From Bauldia sp. (GTDB lineage: Bacteria; Pseudomonadota; Alphaproteobacteria; Rhizobiales; Kaistiaceae), in contig JAHCJY010000005.1 in assembly GCA_026126065.1 (NCBI GenBank), positions 125,058 through 189,057 on the forward strand: 64,000 nucleotides of DNA, written 5' to 3'. The position numbers were made by a program, and so were the translations under genes. The notes under the pieces are model-generated. The model worked only from the letters and a program-made list of their open reading frames with translations. It had not been told where the DNA came from and searched no databases. Below are positions 24,588-34,130 of the stretch, piece by piece; position 1 is the stretch's first letter, and the number at the start of each line of letters is the position of its first letter.

Positions 24588-25685
24588 CTAGGGCGTGGTG
24601 GTCGCCCACGGAGCCGGCATGTTCTCCATCGGAGGCAACGGCATGCCTTCGCCGCCCGGCACGCTCGGCTCGAGCGGGTGGAACAGCGAGATGTCGCCAA
24701 GCGCGAGGAAGGCGGGGTCGGCCCAGATCGGCTCGAAGTCGTCGTCGCGGAGGATCTGGTTGAACGCCTTCGGGTTGAGCTCGATCGACATGGCGAGCGC
24801 CTCGATCGCCGCCGGCAAATCGCCCATCGCGACGTACACGTCGGCCATCTGGAGGTACGCCGCATCGCGGAGCGGATCGAGCTCGAGCGCGGCGTTGATG
24901 CGGGTGAGCGCCTCTTCGTAGTCGCCCGCCTCGATGATCTGGGCGAGGCCCTGCGTCGCCCGGCCGGCGATGTTGGCGTTGTAGATGCGGCGGAGCTCCG
25001 GAATTGGCGCCTGGGATTCGTCGACGCGGATGTCGAGGGCCCAGTCACCATAGCCGGCGATCGCCCGCTCCCGGAAGACCATGAGGCCGGCCGACTGGGT
25101 GCCGCGGCGGTCGCCGCCGGCTGCCTCGGCCGCCTCGAGCGCGGCGAGAAGACGCTCCGCGAGGGGGAGTCCTTCTCCGGTTGCCGTCATGTAGGCGATG
25201 GCCATGTCGTTCACGACCTCGGGGCCGGTCATCGTGTTGGCCTCGACGCAGAAGTTGAGCGCGCAGATATGGCCCGCCCAGCCCGAATTGCTCGAGCCGG
25301 TCCAGCCAGCCGAGTTGCCCTGGGTGTCCACGATCGCGAACTGGCGGTTGTTGGCGCCATTGTCCATCGCGACGAGCATGTCGCGCGCCTCGACGGCCGT
25401 GAAGCCGCGCTGGATGAGGAGGACGCCGATCTCGCCCATCATCGGGTTGGAGCTCGCCTGCGAGGCGATTGCCGCGACGCCGGCGCGGCCCCAGCGGACG
25501 CGCGAGCCGACCGAGATCGTGTTCGACTGGACCGCGACGCCGAGTTCGCCGGTGTCCGGGTCGAAGGCGACGATCGAATAGGTGCCGGACGGCTCCTGGT
25601 ACTTATAGTCACCGGGCTCGGCATACGCTGTCCCGGCCATCATGGTCACCGCCGCGGCGGCGATGATAATTTGCTTGTTGAACAT
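24588..25685 (-). CDS. Secreted DUF1028 (Ntn-hydrolase fold) protein with C-terminal TPR-like region
   Basis: ATG at 25685. The signal peptide is MFNKQIIIAAAAVTMMAGTAYA. TYSIVAFD (N-terminal nucleophile Thr context) and GVAVQS are typical of DUF1028. Confidence 0.65.
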   Translation of the reverse strand: MFNKQIIIAAAAVTMMAGTAYAEPGDYKYQEPSGTYSIVAFDPDTGELGVAVQSNTISVGSRVRWGRAGVAAIASQASSNPMMGEIGVLLIQRGFTAVEARDMLVAMDNGANNRQFAIVDTQGNSAGWTGSSNSGWAGHICALNFCVEANTMTGPEVVNDMAIAYMTATGEGLPLAERLLAALEAAEAAGGDRRGTQSAGLMVFRERAIAGYGDWALDIRVDESQAPIPELRRIYNANIAGRATQGLAQIIEAGDYEEALTRINAALELDPLRDAAYLQMADVYVAMGDLPAAIEALAMSIELNPKAFNQILRDDDFEPIWADPAFLALGDISLFHPLEPSVPGGEGMPLPPMENMPAPWATTTP

Positions 25686-26060
25686 GTGTTGTCGCTTCCC
25701 ACCAGGAACACGTAAGACTGCGCGTGACGACGGCCGCCCAGCCGGCGTGAGCCGGTTGCCTTGTTTCAGTTGGTTGTTGCTGTCCCGGACAGGACGAGTC
25801 TTGGAGGAACGTCCCACGGCAGCCGAACCGTCCGTGGCAAGCGTCATGCCACAATGCCGGGACGCACAAGAATGCGTGCCTGCCGCCAAGGACTTCTTCC
25901 AGGCGACTGCAGTGGATCAGCGCTTCCTGCCGATGGCCGGAGCAGCAAGCGCGCTTTTCATGCAGGTGATGTTGTTCGTGAGGCCACGACGTCGTGATGC
26001 ATGCAATACAGCGTGGGCCGACCGCCGCAGAAGGGCGATCGGTCGCGCTCGTCTATGCTG

Positions 26061-27395
26061 TCACCCGGACTTCGTGACGCGCAGGAGTTGCCGAAGTTCT
26101 TGCTGCAAGCGCATTTCTTCCTGGTGGATTTCGCCAACCCGGTCATGCAGCGTCGCGCGAAGCGCCTCGTACTGGGCGGCATCGAGTGGGAAGCAGTCGG
26201 CCATTTCGACGCCGATGGCGGCGAGTTCCCGCCGGATGTCGGCGGTGCGATCATTTGCCTCCGGGCGTCCGGCTGACCTTTGGCTCACCAGCTCCCTGCC
26301 CAGCCGCCAGGCCCGGCCGAAGGCGGGCACATCTCGGGGGAGTGCGGCCTCGGCAAGTCCGGTCCAACGGCGACCGAGGGCGCGGTAACTTTCGCCCAGC
26401 GGCGCTGCCCCCGGCACGATATCGTCGACGGCGGCGAGGAAGTCCGCAAACATCGGCCGGCAGAGTCCCGGCGCGCGGGACTCGACGAAATCGACGAGCA
26501 TCGAGAGGACGCTCCAGAGCCGTCGGCCCGGCGGCAGCGTGGCCGCCCAGGAGTCCTTGCCGGAACCGCCGATCTTCCGGGCGAGGTCGTGAAGTCCGTC
26601 GAGCGAGAAATTGCGCGTGGCGCCGCCGATCGCGTCCGCCCCGTCGAGGCCGGCCACGCATGCCGCAAGCGCGTCGCGGGTTGCCGTCGCGAGGTCGAGG
26701 GGCGCGTTGGTGCGGGCAAGGGCGACGACGCGGTTCCTGTTCTTGCGGATCCGCTTCCGCGCTTCCGCGAACGCGTCGAGCGGCACGGCATCCGGCGCGG
26801 CGGCAAGGTCGCCGACAAGGACCTGCTCTCCATCCATCGCGTAGACCGTCACGAGATGGTAGCCGCCGCCGAGCGTCGCTTCCGGCATCTGGCGGTGCGG
26901 GAGGAGGCCCGCCTCGACGAACGCGGTCGCGGGTCGCCCCGACGCGAGGATTTCGCGGAGCGCGGCATCGGTCGCCCGCGGAGTCCCTTCGTGTACCTCG
27001 ATCGGCACGCCGAGCCGGGCGGCCGCGCGCCGGAGCCACGCATCGTCGTCCTGCCACAGGTGCCGGCCGCCAATGAACAGCGAGGCGAAATCAGCCTTGT
27101 CGTAGACGAAGCCGAAGACGCCGATTCCGATGCCGCCCGCCAGACCGAAGGTCATTGCCTCGGTGAAGGGCTGCCCGGTGCGGGGATCGCGAACGCCGGC
27201 CGCGGCGAGCATGATGCGCAGCGCCGCCGCGCCCGGCACCGTGCCCGGCTGATGCCAGTCGCCCGGCGAGACGGCCCGGCTGCCTCCCGGCGGCGGGGCC
27301 TCGGCCACGACGTGGCGTCGGGCGGCGGTGTAGCGCTCGCCGGTCTTTTCCATGCGGGCGCGGACGAGTTGCTTGACGTGCTTGTTGCGTGTCAT
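26061..27395 (-). CDS. BtrH_N/DUF4872-like protein with a basic N-terminal extension
   Basis: 444 aa from ATG 27395. MTRNKHVKQLVRARMEKTGERYTAARRHV is followed by a Gly-rich hydrophobic segment and a YHLVTVYAMDG block. The family call is from memory and tentative. Confidence 0.4.
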   Translation of the reverse strand: MTRNKHVKQLVRARMEKTGERYTAARRHVVAEAPPPGGSRAVSPGDWHQPGTVPGAAALRIMLAAAGVRDPRTGQPFTEAMTFGLAGGIGIGVFGFVYDKADFASLFIGGRHLWQDDDAWLRRAAARLGVPIEVHEGTPRATDAALREILASGRPATAFVEAGLLPHRQMPEATLGGGYHLVTVYAMDGEQVLVGDLAAAPDAVPLDAFAEARKRIRKNRNRVVALARTNAPLDLATATRDALAACVAGLDGADAIGGATRNFSLDGLHDLARKIGGSGKDSWAATLPPGRRLWSVLSMLVDFVESRAPGLCRPMFADFLAAVDDIVPGAAPLGESYRALGRRWTGLAEAALPRDVPAFGRAWRLGRELVSQRSAGRPEANDRTADIRRELAAIGVEMADCFPLDAAQYEALRATLHDRVGEIHQEEMRLQQELRQLLRVTKSG

Positions 27396-27597
27396 CGGTT
27401 CCTCTCGGGCCGAGAGCCGAAACCCCACGCATTCCGGCGCCCGGCTGCGGGAAGAGCCGAAGACAGCCGACAGGCGCTACGAGGACATCATCCCCTTTAC
27501 CTCCCGGGGCCGGCCGCGCGGGGGCCGGGGCGGAGGTCGGGCGCAAGCATCGCCACCGCCAGTATGCCGCAAGCGCCGCCGGCGCAACGCCGCCGGT

Positions 27598-28305
27598 TCA
27601 GCCGCCGAGATAGGCGGCGCGCAGCACCTCGCCCACGGCGGGGTCCTCGGGCGGAGCCGAGAGCACGACCCGGCCGCCGGCGAGGACGTGGACTTCGCCG
27701 ACGAGTCCGCGCAGCGCCAGGAGGTTCTGCTCCACGAGCAGGAGCGACAGGCCGTCCCGCGCGCGCACCAGGGCCAGCGCTTCGACGAGCGCTGCCACGA
27801 TCCGCGGCGCCAGCCCGAATGACGGTTCGTCGAGCATCAGGAGGCGCGGGCGCATCATCAGCCCGCGGCCGATCGCCAGCATCTGCTGCTCGCCGCCGCT
27901 CATCGTGCCGGCGATCTGGCGCCGCCGGTCGGCGAGAGTCGGAAACAGCGAAAAGACCGTCGCCATTCGCTCCGCGATCTCGTCGCGCGGCGCGGCCGCG
28001 GCGCCGATCAGGAGGTTCTCCTCGACCGAGAAGCCGGTGAAGTTCCCGCGCCCCTCGGGCACGTGGGCGATGCCCTGTCGGGCGATCGCCTCCGGCGCCC
28101 TGCCAATGAGGTCCGTCCCGTCGAAGCTGATCGTCCCCCTTGCGGCGATGAGCCCGCTGATGGCGCGCAGAAGGGTTGTCTTTCCCGCGCCGTTGACCCC
28201 GAGAACCGCCGCCGCCGTCCCCGCCGGTACAGCAAGGTCGAGGGCCGAGATGACCGGGAGGCCGCCATAGCCTGCCTCGACGCCGCGCAGGAGAAGCCCG
28301 CTCAC
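27598..28305 (-). CDS. livF: Branched-chain amino acid ABC transporter ATP-binding protein LivF
   Basis: Motifs seen: GVNGAGKTTLL, LSGGEQQMLAIGRGL, LLMLDEPS. There is a GTGA overlap with livG. Confidence 0.85.
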   Translation of the reverse strand: MSGLLLRGVEAGYGGLPVISALDLAVPAGTAAAVLGVNGAGKTTLLRAISGLIAARGTISFDGTDLIGRAPEAIARQGIAHVPEGRGNFTGFSVEENLLIGAAAAPRDEIAERMATVFSLFPTLADRRRQIAGTMSGGEQQMLAIGRGLMMRPRLLMLDEPSFGLAPRIVAALVEALALVRARDGLSLLLVEQNLLALRGLVGEVHVLAGGRVVLSAPPEDPAVGEVLRAAYLGG

Positions 28306-29051
28306 GCAGCGCTCCCCAGATAGGCGGACAACACGGCCGGATGGCGCCGGATCTCCGCTGGCGTGCCTTCGGCAATCGTCCGGCCGAAATCGAGCGCCAC
28401 GACCCGGTCGGAGAGCGACATCACCACCGGCATCTGGTGCTCCACCAGAAGCGTGGTGAAGCCGAGCGCCTCGTGCTGTCGCCGGATGACGGCCACGACA
28501 TCGGCTGCCTCGATGTCGGAAAGGCCGGCGGTCGGTTCATCGAGCAGGAGAAGGCGTGGCCGGCCGGCGATCGCTCGGGCAAGCTCGACCTTCCGCCGTG
28601 TCCCCATCGGGAGTCCACGCACCCTTCCGCCTGCGATCGCCGACAGTCCGAAGGCGTCGAGAAGTCGGGCCGCGTCGGTCCGCGCCGAAGCCGCGCTGCG
28701 GCGCGCGGCCTGCTCGGCCGCAAGGCGTACATTGTCGAGGACGGAGAGGCCGTCGAGGAGCGCGAGGTTCTGGAATGTCCGGGTGAGGCCGATCCTGGCG
28801 CGGCGGTACGGCGGCAGCGCGTCGACCGGCTTCCCGTCGAGGCGAATCGTGCCTTCGTCCTGGCGGATCGTCCCGCTGATGCAGTTGAACAGCGTCGTCT
28901 TGCCGGCGCCGTTTGGCCCGATAATGCCGACGATCTCTCCCGGCGAAGCCGAGAGGCTCACGTCGTCGAGGGCGGTCACGCCGCCGAAACGGACGCGCAG
29001 CCCGTCGAGTTCGAGCCGGGCTCCCGAGACGGCCAGCGCGTCCTCGGCCAC
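28302..29051 (-). CDS. livG: Branched-chain amino acid ABC transporter ATP-binding protein LivG
   Basis: The GTG start at 29051 immediately follows the upstream stop. Motifs seen: GPNGAGKTTLFN, RTFQN, LLLLDEPTAGL. Confidence 0.85.
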   Translation of the reverse strand: MAEDALAVSGARLELDGLRVRFGGVTALDDVSLSASPGEIVGIIGPNGAGKTTLFNCISGTIRQDEGTIRLDGKPVDALPPYRRARIGLTRTFQNLALLDGLSVLDNVRLAAEQAARRSAASARTDAARLLDAFGLSAIAGGRVRGLPMGTRRKVELARAIAGRPRLLLLDEPTAGLSDIEAADVVAVIRRQHEALGFTTLLVEHQMPVVMSLSDRVVALDFGRTIAEGTPAEIRRHPAVLSAYLGSAA

Positions 29052-29053
29052 GC

Positions 29054-30250
29054 CTACGGCGCGCCCGGGATGACCGGCCCGAACGGCACGAAGGCGGTCC
29101 CGTCGAAGCGCGCCATCTGGAACTGCTCGATCGGCGCGTAGTCGGTGGGGCTCGTTTGGAGGACGATCCCCGGCAAAAGCCCCGCCGCTTCCGTGTCGAG
29201 GTTGGCGGCAAGATCCATCACGGTGCTCCGGCTGAGATCGTCGCCGGCGGCGCGCAGGATGTCGACGAGCGTGGTCGCGGCCGAATAGGCGGCGAGCGCA
29301 TAAAGGCCCGCCGCCTCGCCCTCCGGATAGTGCTCCGCGAGGAACGCGCGATAGGCGGCAATGTCCGGATCGCCCGCCCAGGCAGGAAGCCCCGGGTCCT
29401 TCATGAAGATCGCCGACACGACCCCGACGGCATTGCCGGGGCCGGCCGCGTCGAGCACATCGGCACCAGTCGACGTGCTGGTGAGGATGTGGTGCGGCCG
29501 CCAGCCGATCTCCGCCGCGCGCGCGATCGCCCGGCTCGCGCCGTTGGTGATGGCGAAGTCGAGGAAGACCTCGACCCCATCGGCCTGGAACGCGGAAATC
29601 TGGGCATCGACCGTCGGGTCGGCGACATCGTAGGGGAGGGCGAGAATCGGCGTTCCGGCCGGCAGGGCCGCCCGCATCGCGGCGACATAGCCCACGCCTG
29701 CTTCGTCGTTCCGGTAAAGGATGCCCACGCGGGCGCCCGGGAAGTTCTCGGCAATGTAGTGAACATAGACCCCCGCTTCCGCCTGGAACGAAGGGTTCCA
29801 TCGCATCGTCCACGGATAGCTGGCCGGGTCGTCCAGAAGCGGGCTGCCGCTCGAGACGAAGAGTTGCGGGACCCCCGCCTCGTTGAGGTACTCGCGGACG
29901 GCAAGGTTGGGATCCGTTCCGACCTGCTGGAACATCAACAGCACATCGTCCTGCTCGACGAGCCGCCGCACCCGCTCGATCGCGACCGGCGGACTGAAAC
30001 CGTCGTCATAGGAGATGAAGCGGATCATGCGCCCGTTGATCCCGCCCTGGGCGTTGACCATCTCGAAATACGCCTCGAGCGTATGACCCAGAGCACCGTA
30101 CGCGGCGGCCGGACCCGTATAGGGCAGCGTGTTGCCGATACGGATCTCGGTCGCCGAGACCCCCGGAAGGTCCTGGGCCGCCGCAGTGAAACCCAGCACG
30201 ACCGCGCCGGCAAACGCAATGGCCAGGATCGGACCTCTTGGCGTGGTCAT
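29054..30250 (-). CDS. ABC transporter periplasmic substrate-binding protein (LivK/LivJ family)
   Basis: 398 aa with signal peptide MTTPRGPILAIAFAGAVVLGFTAAAQ. EIRIGNTLPYTGPAAAYG is typical of type I PBPs. There is an ATGA overlap with livM. Confidence 0.8.
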   Translation of the reverse strand: MTTPRGPILAIAFAGAVVLGFTAAAQDLPGVSATEIRIGNTLPYTGPAAAYGALGHTLEAYFEMVNAQGGINGRMIRFISYDDGFSPPVAIERVRRLVEQDDVLLMFQQVGTDPNLAVREYLNEAGVPQLFVSSGSPLLDDPASYPWTMRWNPSFQAEAGVYVHYIAENFPGARVGILYRNDEAGVGYVAAMRAALPAGTPILALPYDVADPTVDAQISAFQADGVEVFLDFAITNGASRAIARAAEIGWRPHHILTSTSTGADVLDAAGPGNAVGVVSAIFMKDPGLPAWAGDPDIAAYRAFLAEHYPEGEAAGLYALAAYSAATTLVDILRAAGDDLSRSTVMDLAANLDTEAAGLLPGIVLQTSPTDYAPIEQFQMARFDGTAFVPFGPVIPGAP

Positions 30251-31239
30251 GGCATTCCTCCCGCGGGACGGCCCTTTCTGGCCTCCCGTTGTGTCACGAG
30301 CCGCACCAGACGCGGTGCGGAAACCTGAATGTACAGGAGAACGAGAAGCGTTCCCCCGTACACCGCCCATGAGAGGTCCCGCGACACACCCTCCGCCCAG
30401 TTGGGCACGAAGACGATGAGGGCGCCGCCAATGTAGGCGGCCGGGAGCGACCGGATGCCCGTCACGGCCATGCCGACGAACAGCAGGATCGACAGCGTGT
30501 AGTGGAAGCTCCCGGGATCGATATAGGTCAGGACGCCCGCGAGCAGGCCGCCGGCAATGCCGGCGCATGCGCCGCTGATCGCGAACGCCGCGACATCGAC
30601 GAGCGCCGTGTTGACCCCAAGCGCGCCCGCGGCAAGCGCATTGTCGCGGCTGGCCTGGAGCGCGCGGCCGAACCGGCTGCGGATCAGGGCGTGGATGCCG
30701 ACCGTGACGGCCGCCGCGACGGCGACTGCGGTCCAGTACCAGAAGAGGTCGCGTCCGTAGCTGGTGGCCGCGGGCAGCGGTACGCGGAACGACAGGCCGG
30801 ACGAGCCGCCGGTAACCGGCACGAGCACCGAGGCTTTCGGCACCTGGATGATGGCGAGCGCCACCATGAAGGTGAGGAGCCCGAGATAGTGCCCTTTGAT
30901 CCGTAGGCCGGCGAGCCCCAGCAGCGCCCCCAGGAGCATCGCGGCGACCGCAGCCAGGGCCACCGCGAGCGGGAAGCCGATCGTCGGCGCCAGGATGATC
31001 GCCACATAGGCGCCCAGCATGAGGAACGCGCTGTGGCCGAGGGAGAACTGGCCGCCATATCCGGTCAGCAGCTTCAGGCCGACAATGCCGATGCCGTAGC
31101 AGATCGCCTTCGTCATCGCGAAGAGGGCATAGCCCGGCAGCACGAACGGGAGGGTGACAGCAGCGGCGACGACCAGCACCGTGAGCGTGGCGTTGCCCCG
31201 CGTCGTGACGAACGCGGCGAGGCGCCCCGCGCCGCTCAC
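30247..31239 (-). CDS. livM: Branched-chain amino acid ABC transporter permease LivM
   Basis: 330-aa polytopic membrane protein. It sits in operon position between livH and the binding protein, with 4-nt overlaps on both sides. Confidence 0.8.
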   Translation of the reverse strand: MSGAGRLAAFVTTRGNATLTVLVVAAAVTLPFVLPGYALFAMTKAICYGIGIVGLKLLTGYGGQFSLGHSAFLMLGAYVAIILAPTIGFPLAVALAAVAAMLLGALLGLAGLRIKGHYLGLLTFMVALAIIQVPKASVLVPVTGGSSGLSFRVPLPAATSYGRDLFWYWTAVAVAAAVTVGIHALIRSRFGRALQASRDNALAAGALGVNTALVDVAAFAISGACAGIAGGLLAGVLTYIDPGSFHYTLSILLFVGMAVTGIRSLPAAYIGGALIVFVPNWAEGVSRDLSWAVYGGTLLVLLYIQVSAPRLVRLVTQREARKGRPAGGMP

Positions 31240-32135
31240 AGCCGTGCCCGCGTGCGTCGGACGAACAGCCCCTCCGGCTTCACCAGGAGGATGCCGAGGA
31301 TTGCCGCAAGCACGATCGACATCTTCAGTTCGCGCCCGATGAGCGGAGCGAACGTCGTGACGAGCGTCTCCACCACGCCGAGGACCAGTCCGCCCACGAC
31401 AGCGCCGAGCGGGCTCGACACGCCACCAAGCACGACGGCGGCAAAGGCGAACGGGAGCACGTTGAACATCATCTGAGGATCGAGCGCCACGATGGGCGCC
31501 AGCAGCATCCCGGCCGCGGCGCCAATCGCCGCCGCAAGCCCCCAGCCGACCATCATCATCCGGCCGACGGCGATCCCGGCCAGGCGCGCCGACACAGGAT
31601 TCGCCGCGGTTGCGCGGAGGGAGAGGCCGAGCCGCGTGCCGCGCAGCAGGAAGGTGAGGAACACCACCAGGGCGAGCCCGATGAGGATGATCCCCAGCCG
31701 CTGGCCGCTGATCGGGGCGCCTTCATAGAGCGGCCGGGCCGGGAAAGGCGACGGGAATGACCGGCCGATGCTTCCCCACACCGCGTTGGTGATGCTGTTG
31801 ATGACGAGGAACAGGCCGATCATCGCAGCGAACTGGATGAAGCCGGACCCGGCGCGAAGCGGATGCATGATCACCCGCTGGATGGCCGCGCCGGCGATGT
31901 AGGACACCGCGAGCGTGACGGCGAATGCGGCCCAGTAGGGGAAGCCCCAGGCGAGCAATTGCCAGGCCGCGAAGGTGCTCATCGTCGCCATCTCGCCCTG
32001 GGCGAGATTGAGGTGATGCGTCGTTTGATGGATCACCACCAGGGCGAGCGCCATCAATGAATAGACCGCCCCCGTCGTCAGCCCCGACAGCAATTGCTGC
32101 AGCAGCAAGACCAAGCCCCCCAAAGCCGGGGCCAT
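31236..32135 (-). CDS. livH: Branched-chain amino acid ABC transporter permease LivH
   Basis: 299-aa polytopic membrane protein. LLQQLLSGLTTGAVYSLMALALVVI is typical of the LivH N-terminus. Confidence 0.8.
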   Translation of the reverse strand: MAPALGGLVLLLQQLLSGLTTGAVYSLMALALVVIHQTTHHLNLAQGEMATMSTFAAWQLLAWGFPYWAAFAVTLAVSYIAGAAIQRVIMHPLRAGSGFIQFAAMIGLFLVINSITNAVWGSIGRSFPSPFPARPLYEGAPISGQRLGIILIGLALVVFLTFLLRGTRLGLSLRATAANPVSARLAGIAVGRMMMVGWGLAAAIGAAAGMLLAPIVALDPQMMFNVLPFAFAAVVLGGVSSPLGAVVGGLVLGVVETLVTTFAPLIGRELKMSIVLAAILGILLVKPEGLFVRRTRARL

Positions 32136-32205
32136 CTTGGGATGCCGCGCCGAGGCAAGTCAATTTTGGGGTGCGCCCGGCCGCAGCGCGGCCGGGGTCC
32201 GATTC

Positions 32206-33588
32206 CTATTCGCCCGCCGCGACCCGGTGGCCGTTGGGTTGCCGGCCCCGCTTGAGGAGGTCCGAGATCAGGAAGGCGAGTTCCAGCGCCTGGTCGGCAT
32301 TGAGCCGCGGGTCGCAATAGGTGTGGTAGCGGCTCGACAGATCCGCTTCCGAGATCGCCCGTGCGCCGCCGGTGCATTCGGTGACGTTGCTGCCGGTCAT
32401 CTCGATGTGAACCCCGCCGGGGAACGTCCCCTCGGCGCGGTGCACGTCGAAGAACCGCTCGACTTCGCGGAGGATGCGGTCGAACGGCCGCGTCTTGTAG
32501 CCATTCGCGGCCTTGATGGTGTTGCCGTGCATCGGGTCCGACGCCCAGGCGACGATCCGCCCCTCGCGCTCGACCGCGCGGATGAGCTGCGGCAGGTGCG
32601 CCTCGACCTTGTCCGCGCCGAAGCGGGCGATCAGCGTCAGCCGCCCGGGCTCGTTCTTCGGATTGAGCACGTCGATGAGCTTCAGGAGATCGGTCGTCGA
32701 CAGCGACGGGCCGCACTTCAGGCCGATCGGGTTCTGCACGCCGCGGGCGTATTCGACATGGGCATTGTCGAGCTGGCGCGTGCGGTCGCCGATCCAGATC
32801 ATGTGGCCGGACGTGGAGTACCAGTCGCCCGACGTCGAATCGACCCGCGTCATGGCCTGCTCGTACCCGAGCAGCAGCGCCTCGTGGCTGGTGAAGAAAT
32901 CGGTCGTCTGCAGCGTCGGCGTCGTCTGCGAATCGATCCCGCAGGCGCGCATGAAGGCCATCGCCTCCGAAATGCGGTCGGCGATCTCCTGGTACTGGTG
33001 GCTCTGCGGGCTGTCCTTCACGAACCCCAGCATCCACTGGTGGACGTGCTCGAGATTGGCGTAGCCGCCGGTCGCGAAGGCGCGGAGGAGGTTGAGCGTC
33101 GCCGCAGACTGGCGGTACGCCATTTCGAGCCGTGCCGGATCGGGAAGGCGGGCCGATTCCGTGAACTCGATGCCGTTGATGATGTCACCGCGATAGGCGG
33201 GCAGTTCCTTGCCGCCAACTTCCTCCATCGGCGCGGAACGCGGCTTGGCAAACTGGCCGGCGACGCGACCGACCTTCACGACCGGCATCGCGCCGGCGAA
33301 GGTCATGACGACCGCCATCTGGAGGTACAGGCGGAACAGGTCGCGGATCGTGTCCGCGCCGTGCTCGGCGAAGCTCTCGGCGCAGTCGCCGCCCTGCAGC
33401 ATGAAGGCCTCGCCCGCCGCCACCTTGGCGAGCTGGCGCTTCAGCTTCCGCGCCTCGCCGGCAAAGACGAGGGGCGGGAAGGTCGCAAGGCGCGCTTCCA
33501 TCGCCGCGAGCGCGGCGGGATCGGGATATTCCGGGGACTGCTCGATCGGTCGCGACCGCCAGCTGTCCGGGGACCAGACCTTGCCCAT
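32206..33588 (-). CDS. aroH: Class II 3-deoxy-7-phosphoheptulonate (DAHP) synthase
   Basis: From ATG 33588 the translation is [23 protein letters not shown]...[12 protein letters not shown]...[14 protein letters not shown], at about 460 aa. These are hallmark class II motifs. Confidence 0.85.
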   Translation of the reverse strand: MGKVWSPDSWRSRPIEQSPEYPDPAALAAMEARLATFPPLVFAGEARKLKRQLAKVAAGEAFMLQGGDCAESFAEHGADTIRDLFRLYLQMAVVMTFAGAMPVVKVGRVAGQFAKPRSAPMEEVGGKELPAYRGDIINGIEFTESARLPDPARLEMAYRQSAATLNLLRAFATGGYANLEHVHQWMLGFVKDSPQSHQYQEIADRISEAMAFMRACGIDSQTTPTLQTTDFFTSHEALLLGYEQAMTRVDSTSGDWYSTSGHMIWIGDRTRQLDNAHVEYARGVQNPIGLKCGPSLSTTDLLKLIDVLNPKNEPGRLTLIARFGADKVEAHLPQLIRAVEREGRIVAWASDPMHGNTIKAANGYKTRPFDRILREVERFFDVHRAEGTFPGGVHIEMTGSNVTECTGGARAISEADLSSRYHTYCDPRLNADQALELAFLISDLLKRGRQPNGHRVAAGE

Positions 33589-33668
33589 GAAAGCCACTCC
33601 AGAATGCGGCGGGCCGCGCAGCGTTTCGGCCGCCTCCGCCGGGAAGGGCGGCGTTATACACATGGAAG

Positions 33669-34130
33669 ATGGAGATCACCATTCCCGCGCGGAAGAGCTG
33701 GCATCGGGTCGCGGTCCGCGTGATCGCCGGCGCATGCATGCTCGCCGTCTCCTCGGCCGGCGCGCAGCCGCTGGCGACCGGGGGACGCGTCATCGCCGAT
33801 GCCGGCCGCGTGCGCATCGCGATCGAGGTACCGGAGGCGCTGCCGCACCGCGCCACGATCGCGGCCGGGACGAACGTCCTGAACATCGACCTGCCGGGCA
33901 ATGTCGACGTCCATCCCGTGGTCTGCGAGGGCATCCTGGCCTCGCCGGCCATCCTTGGGTGCAGCTTCGGCCGTCTGCTGGTCGGCTATGCCCGCCTCAG
34001 GATCGTGCTGCCCGGCTGCGGAACGATCGACGAGAGCCGGCTCATCGAGCCGCTCGCCGGCGAGCCCGGCCAGATCCTGGTCGACGTGGTCTACGGTCGG
34101 CCCGTGCGGTGCGTGACCGCGGCTAGCTGA
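33669..34130 (+). CDS. Secreted hypothetical protein (AMIN-domain-like, tentative)
   Basis: 153 aa with high third-position GC and a signal-like [29 protein letters not shown]...LNIDLPG...LRIVLPG...ILVDVVY resembles AMIN beta-strand repeats. Confidence 0.4.
   Translation: MEITIPARKSWHRVAVRVIAGACMLAVSSAGAQPLATGGRVIADAGRVRIAIEVPEALPHRATIAAGTNVLNIDLPGNVDVHPVVCEGILASPAILGCSFGRLLVGYARLRIVLPGCGTIDESRLIEPLAGEPGQILVDVVYGRPVRCVTAAS

Noticed and set aside
27490-27597. A GC-rich imperfect hairpin (cctcccggggccggccgcgcgggggccggggcggagg) downstream of livF, considered as an intrinsic terminator.
   Set aside because: The pairing is imperfect and no U-tract follows on the minus strand, so it is too weak to call.
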